In this document: positions 1 to 12,000 of the stretch, one piece after another
Numbering within the stretch: the first letter of the stretch is position 1
How the letters are laid out: each line of letters begins with the position of its first letter
The notes under the pieces: generated by a model
The model's database searches: none
Told to the model about the DNA's origin: nothing
The model's input: only the letters and a program-made list of their open reading frames with translations
Made by a program: the position numbers and the translations under genes
From: Gnetum montanum
Taxonomy: Eukaryota > Plantae > Gnetophyta
NCBI GenBank assembly: GCA_015680685.1
Contig: MNCI01000520.1
Location: 727,731 to 791,730 of the forward strand
Direction of reading: 5' to 3'
DNA length: 64,000 nucleotides

Positions 1-2546
1 GTTCCGTCAGCTGAAGTAGGCCTCTTTTGCTGCAACTTGGTGATCATAGTTTCAGCTATAAGACATCCCCCCCGCAACATGCTGCCATCTACAGTGGGGG
101 GTGTCCCTCCTACACTGTCCTGGCCACAATAGTTGCGAGCCACCCGATCCTTAGTCATCATGGAGAATGACTCCCTAACTATTTCTGGGGGATCTTGGGC
201 AAGGGTGGTCTGGAGGACCTGGAAAATCCATGGTTTGGAAATTTGGTTGCAATTTTGCAACACCCAGACCCCTTTCTCATGGACCACCAGAAACTCTGTG
301 AAGCACCGCTGATAGGCTATGTAGAAGGCGTAATGTATGTTGGAACATGAATCCTACATCTTATGGAGCCCCATAATTTCAACCTGCAAGCCTATACATA
401 GAAACTTGGCCTAGTTGTAGCAAGCCCCCTCTTCCATAACCTTGTGCATTACCCAGGCCTACTCAATCCCAAGGACCTTCCTTTGGGAAAGTAGTTGGGG
501 AAAAGCACGAGAACGGAAGATGGGGTAAACTTCTCTAGTGAGCCCTACCTTGACCTTTTGCATAGGGATCCCCCTCTACTCTTTAGAAACCCCTATCGAC
601 TCCCTGATGTCATCCTTCTGAAAGGTTAACTCCTTCTTGGACTTCAATCCTATGAGGACTCCATCGGCAGGGACACCGAAAAGGTCTGCAAATAGCTAGT
701 CATTAATGTTAATGACCACCCGCACACCATGAATGTGTGTGCAGAAGCAGTCCACCTTGTCAGAAAAGGAGTCCACTAGGGAGAGCATCTCGGTAGCAGG
801 AATGTTTAGGTTCAGGGTCAAGAACAAATATAGCAACCCAACATTTCAGAGAATTCTGACCAAGGACTCCGAAGCTTCGTTATGTATCCACCACTGGCTT
901 GTACCTACTTCTCCATATTTGAAGTTGATGTTCACTTCCTAATTCCCAGTGGCTACCACCATCACCTCCTGAGACCCCTTCACCCCTACAACAATTTTCA
1001 TAAAAATGGTTAGTGTAAGAACGTAAAAATACAGAAAGAAAAAAGGACATTCTAACATGTTGCACCAACTACATAGCCTACCAAGTTTATATGACAATGA
1101 GAACTATGGAAGGATGACTAAAAAAGCTTCCATGGGGATAAGCTTGAAGGGTGTCCATCCCTTATCCAACCAACCAGACTCCTTACACCTATTGTAGAGA
1201 ATGGGATACTGCTTCGGATAGGTGGGGTACTCACTCCCACATTGGCATAGGACACCTGCACAGATGTGCTCAGCAGAACAAAATTCCCATAGGGCCATCT
1301 CCACTGTGGTCAAGGCATCTATATCACTGTGAAGGCCTTGGTCATTAATTAAAAACCTGGTAACAAAAACACATTATTAACCTTTGACCGAGCATAGCGG
1401 CTGTAGCATAGCAGAAGCATTGCTGCAGAACTCACTCATTAGCATAATAGATGGTTCTTGGTGGGTTCTGGAAGCATGTCCCCATATGACATGTGACAAA
1501 CAGTGTATTGTAGAGTTGATAGTAGCTGTACTCAAGCATCTCCTAGATCCAAGACAAATGCCTTAAACCTTGGGGGCACTAGTTGGGTCCCTCTCCCTAC
1601 CCGTTGCTGAACGCCCCATCTCTAAAATACCTCAGAATACCCCAAGTTGCCCCACGAAATAGGGTTTCTAGTATGATTTCTGCTACCTCCTCCTCTAAGT
1701 GTGACCAAATGTTCACACTGAAGCGTTGGAGGAGGAATTGTAGGAATTTCTATGCCCCTTGCCTAAACTAGACCACCCGATCTCCCACACATGTATGGGG
1801 AGGAGGAACATGGGCCGCAGGTTTGTTCATGCAACACATGACCCCTGCAATGTCCAGGATGATTAGAACTAGCCTAAGCACTATCCTACATAACACATCT
1901 GCAAGCGTTAGCATCACGTTCAAAGTGCAACACGTGCATAGTGTAACAAAATCTAGCATTTAGCATATAGCGTGGCATAATCCTTTTCCTATACACAACG
2001 TAACAAAAAATGTTAAGGCAATAGCATAGCAAAAAATAACCTAATGTAGCAACAAAGCGATTAACCTTAATGAAAGAAATTGGTACTACACCTGATGAAA
2101 CATGTGTCATGCTACCAAATCATGTAGGGCCAAACCCTCTTGAGGGTCCTATGCTATGCTATTCAAAAGCCAAGCAGCTTAAACCATCCCAACCCCCTGC
2201 GGTAATGATAGCCGTAGCGGCAATAGTTTAAGCAACCTTGCATGCAACAATAGCATAGCATTTGTACATCCATCGTGGTAGAAAAGGCGACGACGATGAT
2301 GTAAAGGCCAAAAAATGACAATGCAATGATAGGAAATATAGACATCCAAAACAAAGTACTAGAAACAAAAGAAGAAGAAAAAATGATAACAGAAGCATAA
2401 GGGAAAGGGAGAAACATGGCGGCCTACTGGGTCAATGATGTCTCCTCTCACACAGCAACGCATAATTGCATCACACACCCTAGGTTTTTCTTTATCTCAT
2501 TGACCTTCATGAGAACCAAGTGTGTGCATTCCTTCTTTGGAGCCAT
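1..2546 (-). pseudogene. Antisense multi-exon accessory gene of element A (FCP1/NIF-like domain + plant-transposon domain), 3' part outside window
   Basis: Putative start MAPKK at 2546. Exon ~1382-1885 reads LIILDIAGVM..VV*FRQGA*KFLQFLLQRFSVNIWS..LSWI*E..YNTLFV..FQNPPRT. Exon 1-985 is homologous to 14280-14900 (..VLGIE*AWVMHKVMEEGACYN*AKF). Acceptors at 1886-87 and 986-87 have CTAAC branch-like motifs. Confidence 0.75.
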
Positions 2547-2697
2547 TGTCTTGTTTGCTGATTCTCCCCCGTTGCTATGCAAAAAACTGCCTTACTCTCT
2601 GTTAGTACGATCACTCTGCACTCCAAAATTGCTTTGTGCTCTAAATGTGGGCTTTGAACTATCACGGTGAAAGTGGAAATTTTAACAAGGCTTAATC

Positions 2698-2708
2698 CCT
2701 ATTTATAG
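2698..2708 (-). promoter_or_regulatory. Putative TATA box of the antisense gene in element A
   Basis: Minus strand CTATAAATAGG, ~150 nt upstream of the MAPKK start and next to a TACGCTATGCAGCGTAGC motif that also occurs in the LTR. Confidence 0.5.
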
Positions 2709-2889
2709 TCATAATGGTGGAAAAAGGAAAACTTGCCACACTTTCTCTCTTTGTTTAATGTGGGGTACGCTATGCAGCGTAGCATGCTTGCCACGACATT
2801 GTAGCACTGTTGGCAATAAAACTTTGGCATGCTTCAAGTTAACTATTTTATTTCCCAAAAAAATATAAATATATATATATATATTTGGC

Positions 2890-3235
2890 TACCAATCTGG
2901 AAAGATCTTAAACTAGCAACCTTAGAGTAGCTATGATCCTACTGATCCGAAAATACCTTGAACTAGCAACCTTAGCGTAGCTGCGATCCTACTGGTCCAG
3001 AAAGACCTTAAACTAATAATTTCAATCTCTTACACATGTTCACAATCCTTGATGACATTAAACTAGTGGTTTCACATTTTTTCATGTTAGTGGTTTCACG
3101 TCTTGCTTCCGGGAAGTCCGAAGCGATACTAAACTAACAGTTTCACGTCAGCACATCGATAGTTTTGCATTCTAATAGCTTTACACCTTCACGCCTTAGC
3201 GGTCCGCCATGGCCTTAAATTGGTAGATTTTAATC
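2890..3235 (+). repeat. Degenerate tandem array (CCTTAAACTAGC core) upstream of RT
   Basis: Repeated GATCTTAAACTAGCAAC / ACCTTGAACTAGCAAC / GACCTTAAACTAA units. Confidence 0.7.
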
Positions 3236-3344
3236 TTTGTATCATACTTTGTTAATTATACATTATTTTTGATTGCAAATTCACACTATATATGGATAAT
3301 GTGAATAGGTGCATCCTAAATAGCCTTTCATTTCATTCTAGTAG

Positions 3345-6300
3345 GTTGAGAAAAAATGGGAATCCATCGTGATCTCTCCATGCCCTTAGCTCTAGCAGGT
3401 TCACATGGCAAGCTCACAAGACACTTGAACCCAGACCTAATCGACTAGGACTCAACCACAGTTAGCACCATAGCATCCTTAGAAATAGCCCCAGACTAGC
3501 CTGAACATCTGGTTCTGACTCTAGATTTAGAGGCTGGGGATATAACTGAGGACCTTCTCATTGAGACGTCTGTGACCAGGTCCAAAGGAGAAGTAAAACC
3601 ATTAAAAGTTAGTTCCCTCTTAGATGCACAAACACACAAAGATGTAGCCAAAATTTTGAAAGACAACATTAAAGTCTTCACATGGTCATACAACAACATG
3701 CTGGGTCTAGATCTGAGGTTGATACAACACAATGTCATCCTAGACCCGCACATGAAGGCAGTTAAGCAGAAGGCTTGCAAAGTTAAGCTAGAGATTACAC
3801 TAGCCATAAGGGATGAAATCAGCAAGCTATACCTTGCTAGTTTTATCCACACAGTGGATTATTCAGAATGGGTTTCCAACATCGTTATAGTTTCTAATAA
3901 AATTGGAGGAATACAAATCTGTATAGACTTCTGGGATCTAAACAAGGAAACGATCAAAGATGACTTTCCACTTCCAAGCATCGATTAGCTCATCGACACT
4001 ACAGTTGGTCATGCTCTTCTGTCCTTCATGGATGGTTTCTCTAGCTACAACCAAATCCTCATTAACCCAGAGCATCAGCTAACAACAACCTTCATGACCC
4101 CATGGGGCACCTTTTGCGACACCATGATGCCTTTTAGGCATAAGAATGCTAGAGCAACCTACCAGCAAGCCATGACCTACATCTTCAGCGACTACATCCT
4201 AGAAATGCTAAACGACTACGTGGATGATATAGTGGTCAAGTCCAAAGAAGCTATTGATCACCCACGCGACCTAGGGGTAGTTCTTAAATGTTTTCAAATG
4301 CATGACTTGCATCTTAATCCTAAGAAATGTGTATTCAGGATGAGAATTGAACACATGTTGGGGTTTATAGTATTAGAGGCCGGAATACATGTCGACCCTA
4401 AAAAAGTTAAGGCCATCATCAACCTAGCACCTCCTACAAACCTTAAGGAATTATGTGGGTTGCAGGGTAGAGTACAGTTCATCTAAAGGTTCATAGCAAA
4501 GTTGACTGACAAGTTACACCCCATGAAACATCTTTTAAAAAAAGGGGTTAACTTTGAATGGACAACTCAGTGTCAACAAGCCTTCAACAACCTAAAGGAA
4601 GATCTTTTGCACCTCCCAACTATACACCAGCCACAAAGAGATAAGCCTTTTTTAATCTACCTTGCCATCTCCGATGCATCCATCACAGCACTGTTATGTC
4701 AAAAACGAGATGACGGATCTAAGATACCAATGTACTATCTGAGTCACGCGTTGATAGCATATGAAACAAAGTACAACAAGGTGGAGAGGATTTACCTTGC
4801 CTTAGTGTTCGCACTAAAAAAGTTTAAGCATTACTTGTTTCGTAGCAAAGTTAATGTTATTTGCAAAAATAACATACTCCGGGCTATCACCAACAACCTA
4901 TACGAAAGTAGCAAGATAGCCCAATGGAAAGCCAAAATCATAGAATTCAACTTGCACTATGTGAGCCAGTCGTTGAAAAAGGGTCAAGCCATAGCAATGT
5001 AGCTTATGGCCTCACCTATCGACAATCATGCAACCATAGATCCCAAATTCCCAGACAAGCATATTAGCACTATCAACATCATCCCATCACATCTAGAAGC
5101 TACTTTACACTTCGATGATACCTCGATCGCATGAGGAGGCAGTGTAGCTATCATCATTACATTCCCCTCTACGAAAATGCACCTGTTCGCTTATCATTTT
5201 ACGTTTCCCTGCACAAACAACATGGTAGAATATGAGGGGCTACTCAAAGGCCTCTCTACTACCTAGACACTAGGCATACAACACTTGGCGATTTGTGGAG
5301 ATTCATAATTAGTTATGAATAAAATCACCAAGGTCTATGCCTACAAAGCCATGCACCTACAACCTTACTATGACCTAGCAAAGAGCCTACTCAAAAAGTT
5401 CACAACCACAGATGTGCAACACGTGCCATGCAATGAAAACACCGTAGCAGACACCTTAGCCACCCTAGCACTAAATATTCCATCACACTCATTCGCAAGT
5501 TTACCCATCTCAATCATAAAATGTACTAAGCCTATCACTCAGGTGGGACATGTGGCCTCTATTAGTGCCATGGACACCCAGGAGTGGTATGCTAACATTA
5601 AAGCCTACCTACAACATGGTGAACCCCTAGTCGGATTGACATCTACTCAGAAGGATGCAATCCATAAATGTGCCCAAAAATATATGCTTATGGGAAATGA
5701 TGCCCTTTGTAGATGCTCTTATAACGGGATATTGCTAGCATGCGTGAGCGGGGAGCAAGTGTAGAAGGTAGTTAATGAAGTGCATGAGGGGCTATGTGGT
5801 GGATACAAAGCACCTAGGGCTATGGCTACGAAAATCAAACGCCTAGGGTACTATTGGCCCCATATGGAACGTGATTGCCTATCAAAAGTTAAGACATGTG
5901 ACACATGTTAGAGACACGCAAACCTTATACATGTAGCACACACGGAGCTACACCTGATGTAGATCACATGGCCTTTCTAGCGATGGGCATGAGACCTCAT
6001 AAGACCTATCATGCCTAAGTCCTCAGCAAGGCATAGCTTCATCATCACTGCCACTGAGTACTTTACTAAGTGGGTGGAAGCTATCCCCCTGAGGAAAACA
6101 ACATCTCAATAGGTTTGCCACTTCATCCTAGATAACATCATGACAAGGTTTGGGCTTCCAATGGCTATTGTAATCAACAATGGACCATAATTCAGTAGTA
6201 CGGAAACACAAACCTTCTACAGTAATCTTGGCATTAGACAATCCTTCTTCTCGCTGTACTATCCACAAGCGAACAGGCAGGTGGAGGCTACAAATAAGAC

Positions 6301-6826
6301 CATCATCAACTTGCAGAAGAGAATGCTCAACAATAGAAAGAGGTAGTGGCACAAGCAAATCCTCTACATTTTATGGGCCTACAGGACGACATGTAGAACC
6401 ACGACAAGTAAGACCCCTTACAGCCTTGTTTATGGATCTAAAGCTGTGTTGCCTCTTGAGTTGCAAGTACCATCACTCTAAATGATCCTATCTAATGTCA
6501 TGAGCGAAGCCTAGAACAACGAATTAAGGATTATCAACCTTGACTCAGTAGAGGAGGAGCACACGTAGACGCTGAGCCACATAGAGTGCTACCAGAGCAA
6601 GCAACAACAAAAGCATCACGTAGACCCACGTCAATGGCCAGTATAGAAGGGAGACCTCATCCTCAAGGTTGCTCATGAGCACGTAAGAAAATTCTCAACC
6701 AACTGGGAAGACCCTTACGTGGTCACTAAAGCCTTTGGGAACAGAGCCTTCAAGCTGGCAGATGTGGATGACAATGAGTTCAAAAATCCTGTGAATCACT
6801 TGTACCTCAAGCCATACTATGTCTGA
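3345..6826 (+). pseudogene. pol: pol (RT, RNase H, additional archaeal-type RNase H, integrase) of element A
   Basis: RT motifs DFWDLNK, MDGFSSYNQI, MPF, YVDD; RH CQQAFNNLK..YYLSH; aRH LHFD..CTNNMVEYEG..NTVADTLA; INT HEGLCGG..YYWP..C..C, FTKWVEA, WEDPY; many stops and frameshifts. Confidence 0.95.
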
Positions 6827-6849
6827 GTGCATGGAGTAGGCAAGCAACC

Positions 6850-7100
6850 ATTCGCTATGACATAAAACTAACACAGGAAATCAAACGTCCATTACAATGT
6901 TAAACTAGCATGGCTACAACAGTGTCTGCTATGATGTTAAATTGGCACTGACAGTCCGCTACGATGTTAAACTGTCATGTATAGTCTGCTAGGACCTTAA
7001 GCCACCATGCATGGTCTACTAGGAATGTAAACTAGCACAGTGGTCTACTGAGACCTTAAACCAGCATATGGTCTACCAAGACCTTAAACTAGGTTCATGG
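6850..7100 (+). repeat. 3' UTR tandem repeats (~30-35 nt, GCTATGATGTTAAACTAGCA core)
   Basis: About 7 degenerate units directly after the integrase stop. Confidence 0.75.
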
Positions 7101-8381
7101 TGTGTCCCTAGCATGCATCTGCGCTGACTACACAACAAGCGAGCGTGCATGGTGTCGATGTGGGGTGGGGCATTGCAGTTTCAGAATGCAATTCATGATG
7201 CAATGAGAACACGGTCTGGGACATATGTGATCCCACTATGCCTGCCATCTTGCTGATCCCTTGGAGATGTCATATGACATTTCGCTGGCCCCCCAGACCC
7301 ACCATCGTCACGACCCATCACCCTGACATTAGGTCCTTGGTTAGTGCCTACAGCTAGAGTTCCAGCAGTTTTGTGACCCAGCCACAATGGTGTTATCCTC
7401 TAGCTCCCTGCCAACGTCTGGGCTCAAATGACATTTAGCTATGTGGTAGCTGATCCCATAGCTGAATTGAGAATGCATGCCTTCGGCAGGGGCTCCTGAG
7501 CATCTAGATTCATAGCAACTCTCGACATCCCCGATGCCAGCTCCTCCACACTGATGCCACCAAGGCCTCTACTGGCCTTCCTACTTTGGACACCGTGCAC
7601 TAGCACAGATGTCCAAAAGCTTCAACAATGTTTATAGTGAGTAAGACCTTTGCCTCTATTTTGCATTGTGGGTATTTATCCTAGTTCACCCTCTGTTTGT
7701 GGGGTGTGTTCCAGAGAGGCATCAGTCAACGGTACGTCTCGCCATAGTAGCAAAAGCTATTGCATTGTGAAGTGATTTTCTTAATCAGCTTGCAACACCT
7801 TACCTTACTCTCTAAGCTCCTTCTCATTATCCTCCTTCTAGCATCCACAATTCCTACTCACTCCTCTCTCTTAGTAGCTTTTCCTAATGCCTGTTAAGCC
7901 TTCTTGTTCACTCAGCCCCCGCACGGATGTAACATAACTCATTTGGGGAAAAAACACCTATTCTACAGCAAGATCATTCACGAATGAAAATGGCAAGACT
8001 ACAACAGGTAAAAGCATAAGAGAGCAAAGGCTTACGTGCCTAACACAACTAGTAGATAAGCTATCCCACAATCGCCCTCCCTAAGCATTTCAATGGGAGG
8101 TCGAAGGTTAACGATAGTAAAGATGAAAACGCAAACAATTCCCTCATGAGAACTTTGATGAGAAACTTTGTTAAACCTCATATTTACCCTTTTCTTGGCC
8201 CTCCTTCCTCCCTTCTTAGCCCACTTCCCCCACAAAGCCAATGCAACACTCTAAAGCACAACCAAGCAACATCCTGATAATCACCAAGCAACAATGTTGG
8301 CATTTTGTCTTTCGTGATGTTTCGTATTCTTTGTCGATGCCTCTCAAGTCCATCCTCTAGACATTGACAAAGAGAGGCCAA

Positions 8382-10120
8382 TAAAAAACCCTAAAATTTT
8401 AGGGCATCCTTGCTTCACCAGGCCTTCGTAGTTCAGGCAGCACTATGGAAGTTCTTTAGAAGAACGCTCTAAGTTTAGGCTGGCCAGTTTGGTAAATTTT
8501 CTACTTTAGGTGTAAACAAGCTCTACGAATCATCCTTCCTACCCACCTGAGTAGTTTATCTAGCCAATAGCCTACTCAAAAATAATGTGTATAGTTGTCA
8601 GCAGTGTTCAGGATGCACAAAACAATTCAGCAAGTTTTCTAAGTCACAAAGTTTGCTACGCCACACTACGCCTCGCTATGTAGCGTAGCAAGCTTCAAAA
8701 AATGATTGTAGAATAAAGTGCTATGCTATGTTACACTCAAAGCGTAGCACAACGTAGCAAAAGCTAGACAATTAGTTCCATCTCCTAACTTCAAGTCTTT
8801 CAGCAATGTCTCTTTTTGTCAGAAAGTGGCAGACTTGGCAAAAAGCAGGCCATGTTTGTTGCTACGCTACGCTGAGTTATATGGCGTAGCAAGGCATAAC
8901 AATTCTACAAAAGTGATAGAAGGCAACTCAAATGGTGGGATTAGCAAGTTTCCAAGCTTCACAGTGCAAAAATAAAAGTTTGCAGATTGTCGACGTTTTC
9001 GCAAAACGTTAATGCTTTTGCGACTAAGGCCAACTACTACGCTATGCAGCGTAGCATAGTGTAGTAAACATGCAATGAGCAGACACCATGCTTCAAAGGT
9101 TTTGAACACATGCAGCTAGTTGCAACACAACTTTTTTCACTTCTGGTAGCTACGCTATGTTATGCCACATAGCGTAGCATGACGTAGCAAGTTTCTATGC
9201 TCCACCCACATGACACAGCATAGCAAGTAGCTACGCTACATTTATGCACTCCACCTAATTGCACCCCTAGCATTCACCCAATTGCACCATTAGCAAATAT
9301 CACCAGGCTCTGACAGCACAATTACAGCATGGCAGGCTCGTAATTACAACATGGTAGGCTTGTCCAATGGTCATACATGTCCACGTAGTGTAGACTCAGC
9401 CAACAGTCATCCACATAGCATAGACACAGCAACATGGGCCCTGGACACGTGGTGTCGAAACCACATCATTCGCGTGCCCTTGGCCCTATAAATAAGTTGA
9501 TGGGCAATGCTCAAAGAGTTCCCCAGTGGGGAAAATAAGTTAGTTGATTGGAAAACTAGTTGACTGATGAGTTAAAAGTTAGCACTGTATTTTCCTGGGC
9601 ATTGTAAATGTCTTGTTTGACAATAAACATTCAGCATTCTCGTGTGGCAATTTGTTATGCTCTTTCTCACTTCCTGTAGCACCTTGCATTGTTGATTCCT
9701 GAGTCCGTGTTCAAGTATTAGCTGTCTCACTCTAGATGTTTTGGTTACTCTTGGGATCTTTGCGCCCTTCAACATCGCGCAACCAATTGTATCCACCTTG
9801 ACAGAGTGAATCCACATTCTTGAAGCGGTGCATTTTCCTAGCCACATTTTACTTTGCTTTCTTTGCTTATCATTTCATTTTACATTGTTTTCTGCCTCTT
9901 TTACATTTAAGCATTATTTTAAAAGCTTCACATTTTTTTAAAGCACCCATTACAAAAGGTTATATTAACACTAACTAAGTTCCTGTCTGATCGACCAGAC
10001 CATTCAAGGTGCCTCATCTCCGTTTTATCCAGCACGGCCCTCCTGCAGATTCAGGGTTAAGACTATCACGGTCGATGGCCTATCGACATTTTCCAGCCAC
10101 CAACATTTTTGGTCGCAACA
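8382..10120 (+). repeat. 3' LTR of element A (~1.74 kb)
   Basis: Follows the purine tract AAAGAGAGGCCAA; TATA CCTATAAATAAG near 9485; many CTACGCTA/TAGCGTAG motifs; end homologous to the B LTR ends. Confidence 0.8.
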
Positions 10121-11436
10121 ACAACATGCTAGCCCCTCACTTGCCCAAAACCTAGTAGTGGCCAATGCATCGATTTCCAAGGGGCAACCTGACTAGCAAA
10201 CTAGTAGGCCCTTGAGGTGGTAATACATGAGACCTAGTGAGTCTCTCGTAGACAAGATGATTAGGTAATATCATGACCAAAGAGCACTAGGTCTACCAAA
10301 GCTGATTTTCATATCTATGGCCCCCATGGCCAAGGAAATTGAAGAGGATACAATGAGCAAACCATGAGGAAGCACTGAGGCCCATAAATAAACCAAGCAA
10401 ATGAAGTCTCAGTGACCTGTATGATAGATCCATCTCTTAGGCCACATGGAGGAGGTCAAGGCCAGAAAAAACATGGCTAATGACAAAGACTTTGTGGATG
10501 CATTAGCCTAAGTCAAATAAGTGCTAAAATAAAGGAATAAAATGTGGAGCTTGTATGAATTAATCATGATCTCATCTACCCATTGCAAAGCATTGGTGTG
10601 GATGTTGACCTCCATTCCTATCATAGAGGACATGCTTGTAGATGAGAACTCCATTTATGTAGTGATGTTGGCTCTTACACCATAGGAATCAAGTTCCACA
10701 TTCCTAGCATTTTTTGATGAAGAAATTAAGGTTAATCTTGAGAGGGGCAAGGTCATAATAGCTCCCATGTTCATCACTATACATGTCAGGCAATGCAATA
10801 TTTGTAGAGTGCATGTTGATGATAGAGTAGCTACAAATGTAATACCATACACTATTGTGGACAAGCTAGGCCTCATAAACCAAATCAAGCAAACAAAAGC
10901 CACATGCTTGAAATCCTTCAATGGCTTACATGTCATCATTAGGAGCATTATCATCATAGCCTTTTTAGTAGGGAGGAAATTCCCCACCACTATTGAATTC
11001 ATTGTTGTAGAGGAGATGCTAGGATTTAACTTAATATTGGGTAGATCTTGGCTAGCCTAATTACGAGCCATCTCCTCTTTGATTCATCAAGAAATCGACC
11101 TCCTGTATGAAGCTGGTGAAGTTATCATCCATGGTGATAATGCCACCTCTTTGGCCATCAATAACATTGATATGGAGTAAGGGTTGAAATTTGAATTTTC
11201 TAATGATGCACCTAAGGTAGACAATGAAATGCATGAGGCAAACCCACCCGAAAAGATAGAAGAAGCCAATGACCTCCTAGAGGATGCCCTTTGGGTAGAA
11301 TTTCCCTTTGACATAGTGAGTGAAGGTCAAGGAGACTACTAAATATTGCAATCTAAACCCTACATGCACCCTAACCCACATCAGATTAGGAAGTGACTAC
11401 ATGACTAATGTATCCCCTTAGCCCAAAACATGCTAG
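10121..11436 (+). pseudogene. gag-pol linker and aspartic protease of B1
   Basis: CRVHVDDRVATNVIPYTIVDKLGL...FNLILGRSWL retropepsin motifs (ORF 10767-11060). Confidence 0.85.
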
Positions 11437-11689
11437 GTACCTACTCGCTATATGCTTTTGTGCACCCTGTATTTTACCTTTTTGCTTATGTCATATTTGT
11501 TTTTCTTAGATTAGCATTATCTTCTACTTATTATGCATCAATTTACTTTGTTTATGAATTTTTCCACTTTGGTTATGCATTCACTCAATTAGTTTACTCC
11601 CTCGTAGTTAATAGGTTAATGCATGAAAAACCTCAAAGTGCATAAAAATCATAAAAGCCAAAATTAGAAAAAGAGAGATAGTAGTACAT

Positions 11690-12000
11690 GACCCACTATG
11701 GCCTTAAATTGGTGACATTGTAGCCCAGAATGGCCTAAAACTATTATTTTCAGTTCCTTTGCTATGGTACAAAATGGCCTAAAACTATTGCTATCATCTT
11801 GGCCCAAAACAACCTAAAACTAGTAAATGCATGGCTCGAAGTGGCCAAAAACTAGCATTGGCCCTCCTACTATGGCCTTAAACTGGCATGGGGGCCCATC
11901 AAGGCTTTAAACTAACAATAGACTCACAATGGCTCACAATGGCCCAATATCACTATAGCTTGCAATGGCCTAGTATCGCTATAGCTCGTAATGGCCCAAA
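11690..12000 (+). repeat. Tandem array (ATGGCCTAAAACTAG core) downstream of protease
   Basis: About 9 degenerate units; same array at 51710-52000. Confidence 0.75.

Larger units (their letters stand above)
1..10120 (+). mobile_element. Ty3/gypsy Tat-clade LTR retrotransposon, family A (5' part outside window), nested in element B1
   Basis: Decayed RT-RH-aRH-INT at 3345-6826, PPT-like tract ~8368-8381, 3' LTR ending ...TTTTTGGTCGCAACA at 10120. The sequence after 10120 (ACAACATGCTAGCCCCTCAC) is family-B gag-pro linker that is uninterrupted at 50110. Confidence 0.9.

Noticed and set aside
3496-4482. Minus-strand ORFs overlapping pol (also 27567-27773, 58367-58555, 60054-60383)
   Set aside because: Antisense shadows of the pol frame with no independent motifs
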